Assembly (NCBI GenBank): GCA_016191145.1
Contig: JACPPD010000007.1
Coordinates: 16,021-80,020 of the forward strand
Direction of reading: 5' to 3'
Source: Ignavibacteria bacterium
Lineage (GTDB): Bacteria; Bacteroidota; Ignavibacteria; Kapaibacteriales; Kapaibacteriaceae
DNA: 64,000 nucleotides
Shown: positions 30,137-40,733 of the stretch, one piece after another
Layout of the letters: every line of letters begins with the position of its first letter
Position numbering within the stretch: the first letter of the stretch is position 1
The notes under the pieces: generated by a model
Seen by the model: only the letters and a program-made list of their open reading frames with translations
Told to the model about the DNA's origin: nothing
Database searches by the model: none
Translations under genes and position numbers: made by a program

Positions 30137-30559
30137 CTTAGCGTTGCCACATGCATTCAGTCTGTAGATCGAATTCCACTGGCAGAAGAAATTGCTAAGC
30201 ACTGCCTGAGTCTTAACCAGCACATCGATGTGATGGTGGAGGTAAATACAAGCGGGGAGGAAAGCAAGTTCGGCTGCAAGCCCGAAGAGGTGGATGCAAT
30301 CCTCGAGAGCGTGCAGGCGAAGACGCGCCTTCACGTAAGGGGCTTTATGACGATTGGAGCGTTGTCGACCGATGAAGCCACTGTAAGAAAATGCTTCAGC
30401 ACGCTGCGTTCTATACGGGACTCTGCAATTCAGCGTGGAATGATCCCTTCTACTGCATTTGAATTATCGATGGGTATGTCGCACGATTTGGATTGGGCTA
30501 TTGCAGAAGGATCGACAATGATACGTGTTGGGTCTGCAATATTTGGCAGCCGTAGCTAA
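30137..30559 (+). pseudogene. yggS: 5'-truncated YggS/PLP homeostasis protein
   Basis: CIQSVDR, VEVNTSGEESKFG, RGFMTI and LSMGMSHD...EGSTMIRVGSAIFG are present. The N-terminal part carrying the PLP-binding Lys is replaced by the IS66 remnant. Confidence 0.85.
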
Positions 30560-30601
30560 CGATTGCAACACAATCATGGTACCTGCGTAACCGGCCGCCC
30601 T

Positions 30602-33037
30602 ATGAACACGCTGCTCGCTGTAGCCATACTGATGAGTGTTTTGATATCCGATACACTGTATGCCCAAACAGTGATAACAGGAATCGTTGTTGATTCAACA
30701 ACCGATCAGCCTATTGGTGGTGCATCTATCAGGATTGTTGGTACAACGCGCGGCACGTATACAAAATCGAATGGTGAATATCGCCTGCCACTGACACAAG
30801 GCGCTACAACAATTTCTGTACGGAGCATCGGTTATCGGGAAACGACTGTTGCTATTGGCAACCGGTCTTCCATTCGCATAGCGCTTATCGCATCTGGTGT
30901 TCTTAAAGGTCAGGTGACGGTTACCGCCGACATTACTCCAGAGGAAGTTGTAAGAAGGGCAATAGAGCGGAAGGAAGAAAATTCTAAACGAATCAAAACT
31001 CTCGTCAGCACCCTGTATTCAAAAATGAATGTCGGAATCGTCGGAGAAGGTCTGATGTCGAAAGGTGTTTCGAACGCCATGATTGCCGAGACGTTCTCGC
31101 GAGTTTACGACCAGCGATTGCCAACAAAGAAGAAACGCGTGCATATTCTTCAGCGACGTCAAACGAAAAATATCTTACCAAAACAGAACCTTGCCGTATT
31201 CGATCAGTTTTTTGACTTTATGGACGATGAGATAACAATCCTGGAAACACGGCTGGTGACGCCCCTTTCAAAAGAAGCGCTCGATGAATATCAGTTCCGG
31301 ATAATTGACAAAAAACCGCTTGGCGATCAGATGGTATACCAAATAGCGTTTGAACCAAGATCCCGAATCTATCCAGGTTTCGAAGGGAATCTTACAATTA
31401 TTGAGGGAACGTATCAGGCAATAGCTGCGGAATTCGCACCAACTGATGAAACAGCTTTTCCATTTTTAAAGGGGCTGAAATTTGCGCAGCGATTCGAAAA
31501 ACTGAATGACACGCTTTGGGTACCGATGTATGCACATAGTAGTGCGTTAGTGAAATTCCAGGTGTTTGTTGGCCTGTTTGAAATGTCGGCTGACGTGAGC
31601 GTGGAAACATACGTCACCGACGTGGAAGCAAATATTGAAATTCCCGATTCGTTGCTGCAACCGCCCATCGACACGTCAAAGCAATCGGAAGTGAAAGTGA
31701 CGTCGCGGAGTGCATCCGTATCGGTTCGGCAGAATAATAAAATAGTAACCGTAGAAAACGATGCAGACTCCATACGTCCTGAATTTTGGGACGCTCATGC
31801 ATTTGCCGAATTAAGCGAAAAGGAACGCGAAGAATACCGGAAGGTTGACAGTATGGTGCTGGCAGATACTAACAAGAAAGATACATCTCGAAGATCAACA
31901 ATACATTTAGTTACTATCGGCGATGTAGGTGTAGATTTTTATCCGGTACTCGACAGATCGCACATCACAGGCATGATGTATGGCGGAGGTATATCCACAT
32001 CGTGGCAATCTTTTAGGTTGTCGACTGGCTTTGCACTTGGACAAAAAGGCACGCGTGTTGGATCTGTTGGTTTTAACATCGGCATTATTCGAGATTCGTC
32101 ACTCACCCTACAGGGCAACATTGATGTCTATTCCCGATTGAAAACATTGCAACCGTCGCCCCTTTTTTTAGGACGAGCAGACAATTCGGCTCATCTGTTC
32201 TACGCCGACTATTTTGATTTCTATCGTCAGGATGGATGGAGCGTCGGCTTCTCAATGCAGTCTGGAGCATTCAAGGCAAGCATTGCAGCGGCATCGAGCC
32301 GGCACATAAACATGCCTGTCATAACGGGATTGCAAAGAACTACATTGATTGCAGACCAAGGAAGTTACAGAACACTCGAAGCTTCTGTATCGGGTGGAGA
32401 GACTTCGCTTGCAGAAGAATTCGCAGGAGGGAAGTCGGTGATTGACGGAACAATGAAATTGATTTATGGAATGAGAGAAGAAGACAGTCAGACATTTGGA
32501 ACGATTGAATTATCCGGTAATGTGCGGATTCCAACATTTGCCACCGGATACAGATCAATGTATCTCGATGTTCACGCAGAGGGCGGCACTGCCATAAACG
32601 ACTACACGCCAAATCAGTATTTATTTACGCTGATGCGCAGGTTCCCTGTTCTGGGACGCCTTACCGACCTTTCATCCGTTGAGATAAACTCGTATCGCGG
32701 ATCCCAATATGTTCTGCTACATTCGGAGCACAACTTTTCGGACCTATGGTGGAGAGCGTTGCGTATTCCAACTTTTCCGAACAAGCGCGGGCTGGATCTG
32801 ATAGGCGTCTTTGGTCTGGGTGTTACAAAGGTTTCCGGACAGACCAGGATGGCAACCGAAGGTTGGAGCGAAACCAAAGCCCCCTTCATGGAAGCAGGAT
32901 TTGCATTAGCGCGCATACCAACGTTCGTTAGCGATCTGTTCTATCTGCGTTTCGATGCTATGTGGCCGTTGGGGCGGCCTGCTGTTCAGACAGGGCGGTT
33001 TGGCTGGACGATTACGCTTTCAACTCCACTGCTCTAA
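30602..33037 (+). CDS. Outer-membrane protein with a carboxypeptidase-regulatory-like N-domain (DUF5686-like)
   Basis: Signal peptide ending LYA-Q, ITGIVVDSTTDQPIGGASI...SIGY, TPLS...EYQF and a beta-barrel-like C-terminus. Confidence 0.75.
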   Translation: MNTLLAVAILMSVLISDTLYAQTVITGIVVDSTTDQPIGGASIRIVGTTRGTYTKSNGEYRLPLTQGATTISVRSIGYRETTVAIGNRSSIRIALIASGVLKGQVTVTADITPEEVVRRAIERKEENSKRIKTLVSTLYSKMNVGIVGEGLMSKGVSNAMIAETFSRVYDQRLPTKKKRVHILQRRQTKNILPKQNLAVFDQFFDFMDDEITILETRLVTPLSKEALDEYQFRIIDKKPLGDQMVYQIAFEPRSRIYPGFEGNLTIIEGTYQAIAAEFAPTDETAFPFLKGLKFAQRFEKLNDTLWVPMYAHSSALVKFQVFVGLFEMSADVSVETYVTDVEANIEIPDSLLQPPIDTSKQSEVKVTSRSASVSVRQNNKIVTVENDADSIRPEFWDAHAFAELSEKEREEYRKVDSMVLADTNKKDTSRRSTIHLVTIGDVGVDFYPVLDRSHITGMMYGGGISTSWQSFRLSTGFALGQKGTRVGSVGFNIGIIRDSSLTLQGNIDVYSRLKTLQPSPLFLGRADNSAHLFYADYFDFYRQDGWSVGFSMQSGAFKASIAAASSRHINMPVITGLQRTTLIADQGSYRTLEASVSGGETSLAEEFAGGKSVIDGTMKLIYGMREEDSQTFGTIELSGNVRIPTFATGYRSMYLDVHAEGGTAINDYTPNQYLFTLMRRFPVLGRLTDLSSVEINSYRGSQYVLLHSEHNFSDLWWRALRIPTFPNKRGLDLIGVFGLGVTKVSGQTRMATEGWSETKAPFMEAGFALARIPTFVSDLFYLRFDAMWPLGRPAVQTGRFGWTITLSTPLL

Positions 33038-33087
33038 CATTTACCTTAGCTCGGCTGCCTAAATTTGCATCCACAAAGGAGCAATAA

Positions 33088-34204
33088 ATGTTTGAACCGC
33101 AAAAATTATCGTTGGAAGATCTTCGCACAAGAGTGGAACAACTGCGGAGGTACCTTTGACATCGATAGAAAAAAGGACGAAGTAGCCGAACGTGAAATGC
33201 GTTCGCAAGCTCCCAATTTTTGGGACGATCCGGAGCAGGCACAACGTACGATGAAGGAAACGTCCGACCTTAAGGAGTGGATTTCAATGTGGGATGCTGC
33301 CCGCCGATCTGTCGAAGATGTCGAAGCGTTGATTGAGCTCGCAGAGGAAGCTAAAGATTCCTCGATGGAACCCGATATCTTATTAGAGCTTGATAAGGCA
33401 ATTAAAAATGTTGATGAATTAGAATTACGTAAAATTCTTTCCGGTGAAGACGATAAGCGTAATGCTATTCTCACCATCAATGCAGGAGCAGGTGGTACTG
33501 AAGCTCAGGATTGGGCAGAGATGCTTCTGCGCATGTACACGCGTTGGGCAGAAAAACATAACTTTCAGGTGTTTCTTGCTGATGAGTTGGAAGGTGATAC
33601 AGCAGGAATAAAAAGCGGTACGCTCGAAATCCGAGGTCAGTACGCCTATGGCTACCTGAAAGCCGAAAATGGCGTACACCGTTTAGTTCGCATCAGTCCC
33701 TTTGATTCAAATGCACGGAGACATACGTCGTTCGCATCGGTGTTTGTATACCCGGAGGTCGAAGACGACGTGGAAATAGAAGTCAATCCCGCCGATGTTG
33801 AAATGGACACGTTTCGGTCTGGCGGCAAGGGCGGACAAAACGTAAACAAGGTTGAAACTGCTGTTCGACTCCGACACATTCCATCGGGCATTGTTGTGAG
33901 CTGCCAACAGGAACGATCGCAGTTCCAGAACCGCGAACGTGCCATGAAGATGCTTAAGAGTCGGTTGTATCAAAAGCGAAGGGAAGAAGAGGAAGCCGCA
34001 AAGGCAGCCATCGAAGGCACAAAGAAAAAAATTGAATGGGGCTCTCAAATCAGAAGCTACGTCTTCCAACCTTATACAATGGTCAATGATCATCGGACGG
34101 AAACAAAGATCAACGATGTGCATGCTGTGATGGATGGCGACCTTGATGAACTCATCAAAGCATATCTGCTAAGTGAGCAGGTGCAGGACAGCCATTCGGA
34201 ATAA
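33088..34204 (+). CDS. prfB: Peptide chain release factor 2, with programmed +1 frameshift
   Basis: ORF0 [23 protein letters not shown] runs from ATG 33088 to CTT TGA C. The +1 frame contains the SPF and GGQ motifs. Confidence 0.97.
33146..33160 (+). promoter_or_regulatory. prfB frameshift cassette (internal SD plus CTT TGA C)
   Basis: GGAGG-TAC-CTT-TGA-C. A TAAATTTG promoter element also lies at 33060-33067. Confidence 0.95.
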
Positions 34205-34209
34205 GATTT

Positions 34210-34587
34210 ATGGTAATTGGAATCGGCACAGATATCGTTGATGTTGCGAGAATTGAACATTCTCATAGCGAATATGGCGATCGCTTTTTGACGAGGGTGT
34301 TTACGCAAACCGAAATTGATTACAGTAATCATTTCGGTGACCACAAATATTTGCACTTAGCAGCGCGCTTTGCCGCTAAGGAAGCCTTCAGCAAGGCTAT
34401 CGGCACAGGCATGCGGCAGGGCATGGCGTTTAAGCTTGTTGGCATTCGCAACGAGCCCAGCGGCCTTCCCCGCATAGAACTCTTTGGCGCGATGCTTGAA
34501 CGCTGGGGTACGCATACTATCCACGTCACGCTATCGCACACTGCCGAAATTGGTCTTGCAGTGGTTGTAATAGAACAGAATAACTGA
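34210..34587 (+). CDS. acpS: Holo-ACP synthase
   Basis: GIGTDIV, AARFAAKEAFSKAIGTG and VTLSH. Confidence 0.96.
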   Translation: MVIGIGTDIVDVARIEHSHSEYGDRFLTRVFTQTEIDYSNHFGDHKYLHLAARFAAKEAFSKAIGTGMRQGMAFKLVGIRNEPSGLPRIELFGAMLERWGTHTIHVTLSHTAEIGLAVVVIEQNN

Positions 34588-34610
34588 CACATACACATTC
34601 CCGGACTCCA

Positions 34611-35774
34611 ATGCTTTCATCGATTTATAATCCATCATCGCCTTTTGTGCTTGGAATCCTGGGGGGCGGACAGCTTGCTAAGATGACGTCGCTGGCTGCC
34701 TATAGAATGGGTTTGCAGGTAGCCGTCATCGAAAATGGAGAGGGATCGCCTGCAGGAATGATGACGAAGCATGAATTCCCCGGCGGTTGGGCCGATAGAA
34801 AACAGCTTGACGCGTTTATCGACGTGAGCGACATGGTTACGCTGGAGAATGAGTTTGTTGACCCCGATGTGCTGGACTACATAGCCGAACGCCGCTTTGT
34901 TTATCCTTCTCCGGCAACGATGAGATTAGTACAGGATAAATTGATACAGAAAGAGACATTCTCGAAAATTAATATACCGACACCACAATTTGCCGCAATT
35001 GCGCAAAAATCGGATTTGTTATCCTTCGGCAAGGCGCACGGCTATCCATTCGTTGCCAAGACTCGCAGATTGGGATATGACGGCTACGGAAACAGCACAG
35101 TTAAGCAAGAGTCCGATATTGATTTCACATGGCGACGGTTTATGGAATCGGAAAACCCGCGTCCACTCCTGGCTGAAAGTTTCGTTACCTTCAGTAAGGA
35201 ACTTGCAGTAGTTGTTGCTAGGAATAAGCGTGGCGATGTGGCCGTTTATCCTTGCGTGCAAACCATACAGCAAGGCCACATTTGTGTTAGTGTACTTGCT
35301 CCTGCTCCCATAGATGAACAGTTGAGGAAGCGGGCACAGGAAATTTCCGTTGCATGTGTAGAAGCGATCGAAGGTATTGGAGTATTCGGAATTGAAATGT
35401 TTCTGACTGTCGACAACGAAATAGTTTTTAATGAAATTGCGCCACGAACACACAATAGCGGTCATTACACAATCGAGGCATGCCATGTGTCGCAGTTCGA
35501 AAATCATATCCGCGCAGTCACTAACATGCCGCTCGGATCCACGTCTATGCGCGTTCCGGCTGCATGCATGATTAATCTTCTCGGGGAACGCACTGGGAAT
35601 GGAATACCGGACAGCGTTGCGGGTTTGCTGTCGGTATCTGATGTTGCGCTGCACTTGTATGGAAAAAAAGATGTGAGGCTTGGACGTAAAATGGGTCACC
35701 TTACAGCAACTGCAGAAACAACCGACGCAGCGTTCTCAAAGGCTAATTCAGCACTTGATAAATTTATTTGGTAA
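34611..35774 (+). CDS. purK: N5-carboxyaminoimidazole ribonucleotide synthase
   Basis: LGILGGGQLA, GYDGYG, NEIAPRTHNSGH and YGKK...GRKMGH. Confidence 0.95.
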   Translation: MLSSIYNPSSPFVLGILGGGQLAKMTSLAAYRMGLQVAVIENGEGSPAGMMTKHEFPGGWADRKQLDAFIDVSDMVTLENEFVDPDVLDYIAERRFVYPSPATMRLVQDKLIQKETFSKINIPTPQFAAIAQKSDLLSFGKAHGYPFVAKTRRLGYDGYGNSTVKQESDIDFTWRRFMESENPRPLLAESFVTFSKELAVVVARNKRGDVAVYPCVQTIQQGHICVSVLAPAPIDEQLRKRAQEISVACVEAIEGIGVFGIEMFLTVDNEIVFNEIAPRTHNSGHYTIEACHVSQFENHIRAVTNMPLGSTSMRVPAACMINLLGERTGNGIPDSVAGLLSVSDVALHLYGKKDVRLGRKMGHLTATAETTDAAFSKANSALDKFIW

Positions 35775-35789
35775 GGGGCTTCCGAGCCG

Positions 35790-37085
35790 TCACGATGCAT
35801 TTACCTTGATTGTTACATAGCCCCCTACAATCAGGAACAAGACATTCCCCATCCACATTGCCACTGCGGGATGGATTAGGTTCCGATCTGCGAGAGTTTC
35901 GCCGCCGATTAATGTAATCCAATATGCCACGTAACAGGCGAGTGAAATTGCAGCGCTGATTCCAAAATTTCCGCCACGCACAAGGATGCCAAGAGGGCAT
36001 CCAACAAATACAAATAGAAAACAGGCAAAAGGAATTGCGTACTTTTTTTGAATCTCAACTTCATACTTGTCTGCGTTCCGCCGCTCGGCATCGCTTCGGT
36101 ACGACTCGCCTTCGAGCGTCGACCGTAGTGTGCTCACAAGTGTGGAAGCACGCGATGTTGCTTCGTACGTGCTGAGGGGAGTCTGAGCATTCAAAGTTGT
36201 GTCGCGTCTGCCAAACAGATAGGCAAGATGTTCGTTCAGTATTGAATCAACGTGGCGCAAACCTAATGATGCCATAGAGTCCGACCTGGTTTCGATTTTA
36301 CGCATGTCGCTGATTCTCATTTCTCTATCGCCTCGCGACGTTCCCGATACATCGGAGCGTTCAAAGAAGAATCTATCGGCTGGCATCGTTATCTGGTGGC
36401 GTTCGAACGAAACCACGCGATAGTCCTTGACGTTGCGGGTCAGCGACTGATGAACTTCTCCGTGGTACAGTTGCAGCACCATGCGCGTTAGTGATGGCGA
36501 AAAGGCAAGCGTGCCGGAATCTGCATTCACAACATTGAGCCGGTAGGGTCGGGATCGGTCGTAAATCGTAACACCAGTCATGAGGCCGGTTGTATCTACG
36601 TTGCGGGCAAGGATTGTGAAACCTTCAATCTGTGTAGTAAACCTACCAGATTCGATTGCGAACGTTGGTTTCAGCCGCTGGATGTCGCGAATCATTGTGC
36701 TCAGCCGGAGGTTAGTATCAGGCAATATGTTGTCGGCATACCAAAATGTAAATATCCATAACAACGTTCCCGAGGCAACGATGGGCAGCATCATCTGAAG
36801 CAGACCCATGCCGGAGGCTTTAATAACGGTGATTTCATGTTGTGCAGACATCGAGCCAAACGCCATCAGAGAAGCGAACAAAACACCGATGGGAATTGCG
36901 AGGACAAGAATCCAGGAGACGTTTAACGCTAGAAACTCAACGATGGTGCGCAGGTCGATACCCTTGCTTGTGAGGTCGTTGAGATGACGCATCATGTATT
37001 GCGTCAAAAACAGAAATACAATTACCGCAGTCCCAAAGATGAAAGGCCCGATGTGGGCGCGAAGGATGTATTTCCAGAGGAGCAA
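35790..37085 (-). CDS. LptF/LptG family LPS export permease
   Basis: Three N-terminal TMs, EITVIKASGMG, a periplasmic domain, and KKYAIPFACFLFVFVGCPLG followed by TMs. Confidence 0.9.
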   Translation of the reverse strand: MLLWKYILRAHIGPFIFGTAVIVFLFLTQYMMRHLNDLTSKGIDLRTIVEFLALNVSWILVLAIPIGVLFASLMAFGSMSAQHEITVIKASGMGLLQMMLPIVASGTLLWIFTFWYADNILPDTNLRLSTMIRDIQRLKPTFAIESGRFTTQIEGFTILARNVDTTGLMTGVTIYDRSRPYRLNVVNADSGTLAFSPSLTRMVLQLYHGEVHQSLTRNVKDYRVVSFERHQITMPADRFFFERSDVSGTSRGDREMRISDMRKIETRSDSMASLGLRHVDSILNEHLAYLFGRRDTTLNAQTPLSTYEATSRASTLVSTLRSTLEGESYRSDAERRNADKYEVEIQKKYAIPFACFLFVFVGCPLGILVRGGNFGISAAISLACYVAYWITLIGGETLADRNLIHPAVAMWMGNVLFLIVGGYVTIKVNAS

Positions 37086-37125
37086 TGGGTTTGAAGAAAA
37101 ATTGAAGGCAGGAATTTAACCACGC

Positions 37126-37986
37126 CTATGTTTTCAGCTTGTCGTTACATTCATCAATGAGGGTTTGGAAACGGGCGTTCTCTTGCGGCTGCTGTCGTTG
37201 CAAAACAGAAAATGCTTCTATTGCCTTTTCAAAATTTCCCTGCGTCATGTAAATGCGCGCAAGTGTTTCGGTTACCACAGATGCCTTATGCGGTGCAGCC
37301 GATTCGGCATGCAACGTCTTCTTCTCAGAATCTTCAGGTTTTATCCGAACCTTACCGATGCGCTCTGCAAGTTCTTCGAGCGACAGTTTGCGTTGTGGCG
37401 CAGTATCCGATGGAAGGGGGCTTGTGCGCTGCGGATGAAATTCTCTGAAGGGCGGCGGTTCGCCAAGAATTTGTATTGATCTGTGCCCACGGTGCTTTGC
37501 ACCTTCGTATCTCAACGATGTGTACTCGAGTCCCGGAATTAGTCGCACAGCCGAGCTTCGGATTACTCTTGTGTCGTCGGCTCTTGGCGCAAATTCAATA
37601 ATCCTCAGCGGAGAAAACTGGCGTACAACAGGTTGCGGCTGAGATTGTGATTGTGGGAACTGCGCTGGTTGGGTGACGTCGACAGTTTCCTGATGTGGCG
37701 CACTTACAGTCTCTGCGTTCGAGGTTTCAATCTGTCCCCGATGCAGAACAACTTGTGCAGCCTGGGACCCAAAGCGTCGGGTGATTTCACCGTAAATAAC
37801 TTCTGCATCCGAATCCTGATGCAATGCAGCAAAGGCATGCAAAAGCATCGCATAGCCGCCCATGTAAGATGGGTACATGCGTACGCCGCTGGCAGCAGTG
37901 TCGAGAGCAGACTCCAGGCGGCCGCTGTTAAGCTGATGTCGGACATCCACTGCGAACGAAGGGCGTATTTGGACTTCGGCTTGCAT
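37126..37986 (-). CDS. TPR-containing hypothetical protein
   Basis: C-terminal VTETLARIYMTQGNFEKAIEAF TPR and an N-terminal TPR-like helix pair. Confidence 0.75.
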   Translation of the reverse strand: MQAEVQIRPSFAVDVRHQLNSGRLESALDTAASGVRMYPSYMGGYAMLLHAFAALHQDSDAEVIYGEITRRFGSQAAQVVLHRGQIETSNAETVSAPHQETVDVTQPAQFPQSQSQPQPVVRQFSPLRIIEFAPRADDTRVIRSSAVRLIPGLEYTSLRYEGAKHRGHRSIQILGEPPPFREFHPQRTSPLPSDTAPQRKLSLEELAERIGKVRIKPEDSEKKTLHAESAAPHKASVVTETLARIYMTQGNFEKAIEAFSVLQRQQPQENARFQTLIDECNDKLKT

Positions 37987-38006
37987 TAGCGCAACCAGCC
38001 TGTCTG

Positions 38007-38708
38007 CTACCTGCGATTACCAAGCAGCCGCAGAAGGAATAAGAATAGGTTGATAAAGTTCAGGTAGAGAGACAATGCTCCAAGAATAGAGCGTTTGGCT
38101 GCCAATGCATCACCTGCATACATAACTACTGCCTGCCCCTTGATTTTTTGCATGTCGTATGCAGTCAGACCAGTGAAGATTATTACGCCGATAATGCTGA
38201 TTGCAAAATCCATGACGCCTGAACCAAGGAACATGTTCACAACCATCGCAATAATCAAGCCGAACACGCCCATAATCAGGAACGATCCCATGCTTGTAAG
38301 GTCGCGCTTCGTAGTGTAGCCATACACGGCTGCAACGGCGTACATACCTGCGGCGATACCAAACACCTGGAAGATGCTTCCAAGATCATAGATGAGGAAC
38401 AGAATGGAAAACGCAATGCCATTCGTCATCGAATAGGCAATAAACATCGCTGCTGCCGTTGAGGGCTTGAGCGAATCGATACGAGCAGCCAAAAACCACA
38501 CCATTGCGAGTGGCGACAGCAAGACAACCCAATAGAGCGGAGTACTGAAAATTGCTGCGATGATGACGTCGGATCCCGACACCAGGAAGGCAGTTAAAGC
38601 AGTCGTCAGCAAGCCCCCTACCATCCATGCATAAACCCTCTGCACATACGTTCGAAGGCTATCGGTGTCTACAACCTGCGCAACCGGCTGTTGAGACATG
38701 GAATTCAT
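38007..38708 (-). CDS. Bax inhibitor-1/YccA family protein
   Basis: Seven TMs. Motifs VYAWM, YGYTTKRDLT, FTGLTAYDMQKIK and ALSLYLNFINLFL. Confidence 0.93.
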   Translation of the reverse strand: MNSMSQQPVAQVVDTDSLRTYVQRVYAWMVGGLLTTALTAFLVSGSDVIIAAIFSTPLYWVVLLSPLAMVWFLAARIDSLKPSTAAAMFIAYSMTNGIAFSILFLIYDLGSIFQVFGIAAGMYAVAAVYGYTTKRDLTSMGSFLIMGVFGLIIAMVVNMFLGSGVMDFAISIIGVIIFTGLTAYDMQKIKGQAVVMYAGDALAAKRSILGALSLYLNFINLFLFLLRLLGNRR

Positions 38709-38729
38709 TGTTAGTTCCCGAAAAGTGCT

Positions 38730-39713
38730 TTAAGAAGAGCGCGTCACAACAAAGTTAGCAAAGTCGATCAGCGACGTTTTATATGCCGAATTCGGCATGT
38801 CGGCGACAAGACGAATGGCATCACTGACGAGTGCGCCTGCCTTATTCTGTGCCGACTCAATCCCGTGGTAACGGTTTACAAAACCAAAGATAGTATCAAT
38901 TTCCTTGCGTCCGGGCTTCTTCCGTTTAACCAGAGAAATTATGGATTGTGCTTCGCTGGAAGGGGCATTCTGGCACGCATACAACAGGGGCAGTGTAACC
39001 TTTTGGTCTTTAAGATCTGTTGCAACCGGCTTACCGAGGATTGAACTTCTGCTTGTATAATCGAGAACGTCATCGCGGATCTGAAACGCGAGTCCAACCA
39101 ACTCGCCATATTCCTTCATCAAAGCGTGAACGCCGATATCTGATGTTGCGCTTAGTGCGCCGATCTCACAACAGGTTGAAATGAGGGACGCTGTTTTATC
39201 CGAAATGATTCTGAAGTACGTTTCTTCGTCGATGGTACGCTGACGGCTCTTTTGAATTTGAAGAAGTTCACCTTCGCTCATGCGTCTTACCGCTTCCGAA
39301 GTAACGCGAAGGAATTCAAATTCGCTCTTCTTTACCGCTATCAGCAAGCCCCTCGATAAAAGGTAATCGCCAACGAGTACCGACACCTTGTTTTTCCATA
39401 CGGCGTTGATAGAAGCCATACCCCGCCGTTCATCTGCCTGGTCAACAACATCATCGTGCACGAGCGTTGCCGTGTGCAGCAGCTCCACCATCGAAGCTCC
39501 GACAAAGGTGCGTTCGGTGATTTCGCCGCAAATACCAGCAGATAAGAACACGAGAGTGGGGCGAATACGCTTGCCTCGTTGGCGCATGATATATCGCACA
39601 ATCGTGTCGAGCAGTGCAGCACGAGACTTCATTTGCTCGCGCATGTAGCCTTCGAATCGTTCCAATTCGTCGGCAACAGGACTTGTGATATCAGTCAACA
39701 CCTTAGCTACCAT
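38730..39713 (-). CDS. Long-chain polyprenyl diphosphate synthase (IspB/HepT-like)
   Basis: GKRIRP, LVHDDVVD, SDKTASL and FQIRDDVLD. Start placed at MVAKV. Confidence 0.93.
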   Translation of the reverse strand: MVAKVLTDITSPVADELERFEGYMREQMKSRAALLDTIVRYIMRQRGKRIRPTLVFLSAGICGEITERTFVGASMVELLHTATLVHDDVVDQADERRGMASINAVWKNKVSVLVGDYLLSRGLLIAVKKSEFEFLRVTSEAVRRMSEGELLQIQKSRQRTIDEETYFRIISDKTASLISTCCEIGALSATSDIGVHALMKEYGELVGLAFQIRDDVLDYTSRSSILGKPVATDLKDQKVTLPLLYACQNAPSSEAQSIISLVKRKKPGRKEIDTIFGFVNRYHGIESAQNKAGALVSDAIRLVADMPNSAYKTSLIDFANFVVTRSS

Positions 39714-40461
39714 CTTCCTCTGCCCGGCGTGCATTTGTGAATTTTGCAATAACAACGCTGATCTCGTAGAGAATATACAACGGGACAGCAACCATGAGCT
39801 GAGTAATCGGATCGGGAGTTGGAGTTATCAGTGCAGCAAGAATCAAGATGACAACAATTGCATGACGGCGGTACTTGGCCATGAAATGCGAAGTGACCAC
39901 TCCAATCTTTGCTAACACAAATGTTAACATCGGAAGTTCAAAGATGAGTCCCGAAGCCAGAAGCATGTTGATGAAGAACGAGAAGTAGTTAGACGTTGAG
40001 ATATTATCTTCTATATTGGGGTTCGCAACAACGTTGATATAATTCATCATGCTCGGAATCAGTACCCAATATCCAAACGCAACGCCAAGCAGAAAACAAA
40101 GAGTTGTGATGGCAGTAACCCATCGTGCCCACTTTCGTTCGTGAGCATACAAGCCTGGAGCAACAAAGCTCCATACCTGATGCATTACAAAGGGAAATGA
40201 TAACACGATTCCTGAAAACAGAATTACTTTAAAAAGTAAAAATGCTTGTCCAAATGGTTCGAGGTTCTGCAAAGTGAGTTTTGCATCGATCGCCGGCTTC
40301 AGTAATGCTTCGTTCATTATCCATTCACGGAAGTATCCAGCTACCGCGCATCCTGCTAATACCCACAGTATGGATTTCAATGCACGCGACCGAAGTTCCT
40401 CGATGTGGTCGAGAAAATTCATCTCCTTTTCTGGGGTCTCAATCTCTTCAGCTGAATTCAT
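39703..40461 (-). CDS. tatC: Twin-arginine translocase subunit C
   Basis: EMNFLDHIEELR, WSFVAPGLY, FELP and ITPTPDP. Start placed at MNSAEE. Confidence 0.96.
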   Translation of the reverse strand: MNSAEEIETPEKEMNFLDHIEELRSRALKSILWVLAGCAVAGYFREWIMNEALLKPAIDAKLTLQNLEPFGQAFLLFKVILFSGIVLSFPFVMHQVWSFVAPGLYAHERKWARWVTAITTLCFLLGVAFGYWVLIPSMMNYINVVANPNIEDNISTSNYFSFFINMLLASGLIFELPMLTFVLAKIGVVTSHFMAKYRRHAIVVILILAALITPTPDPITQLMVAVPLYILYEISVVIAKFTNARRAEEDGS

Positions 40462-40733
40462 CAAATTCCGATATGCATCTGCAATTGACGAAAATACGGC
40501 AGGTGGTTCCAGGGAAGGCCAAATGTTATTGGCAGTGCGCAACGCAATACTATTATTTGCCGTTAGCTCAACAATGAGAAATGCAAGAGAAAAATGTTCA
40601 CCTGAACCAACTTTTTCTCTTGGTATGTTACCTCTATTACATTCAAATTTGCACCCCCTCGACAGGGGCATAATATATTGGGGCTGTACGGGATTCAAAA
40701 ACCTGCGTTTATGCGCGGAGGAGGGCTAGTTGG

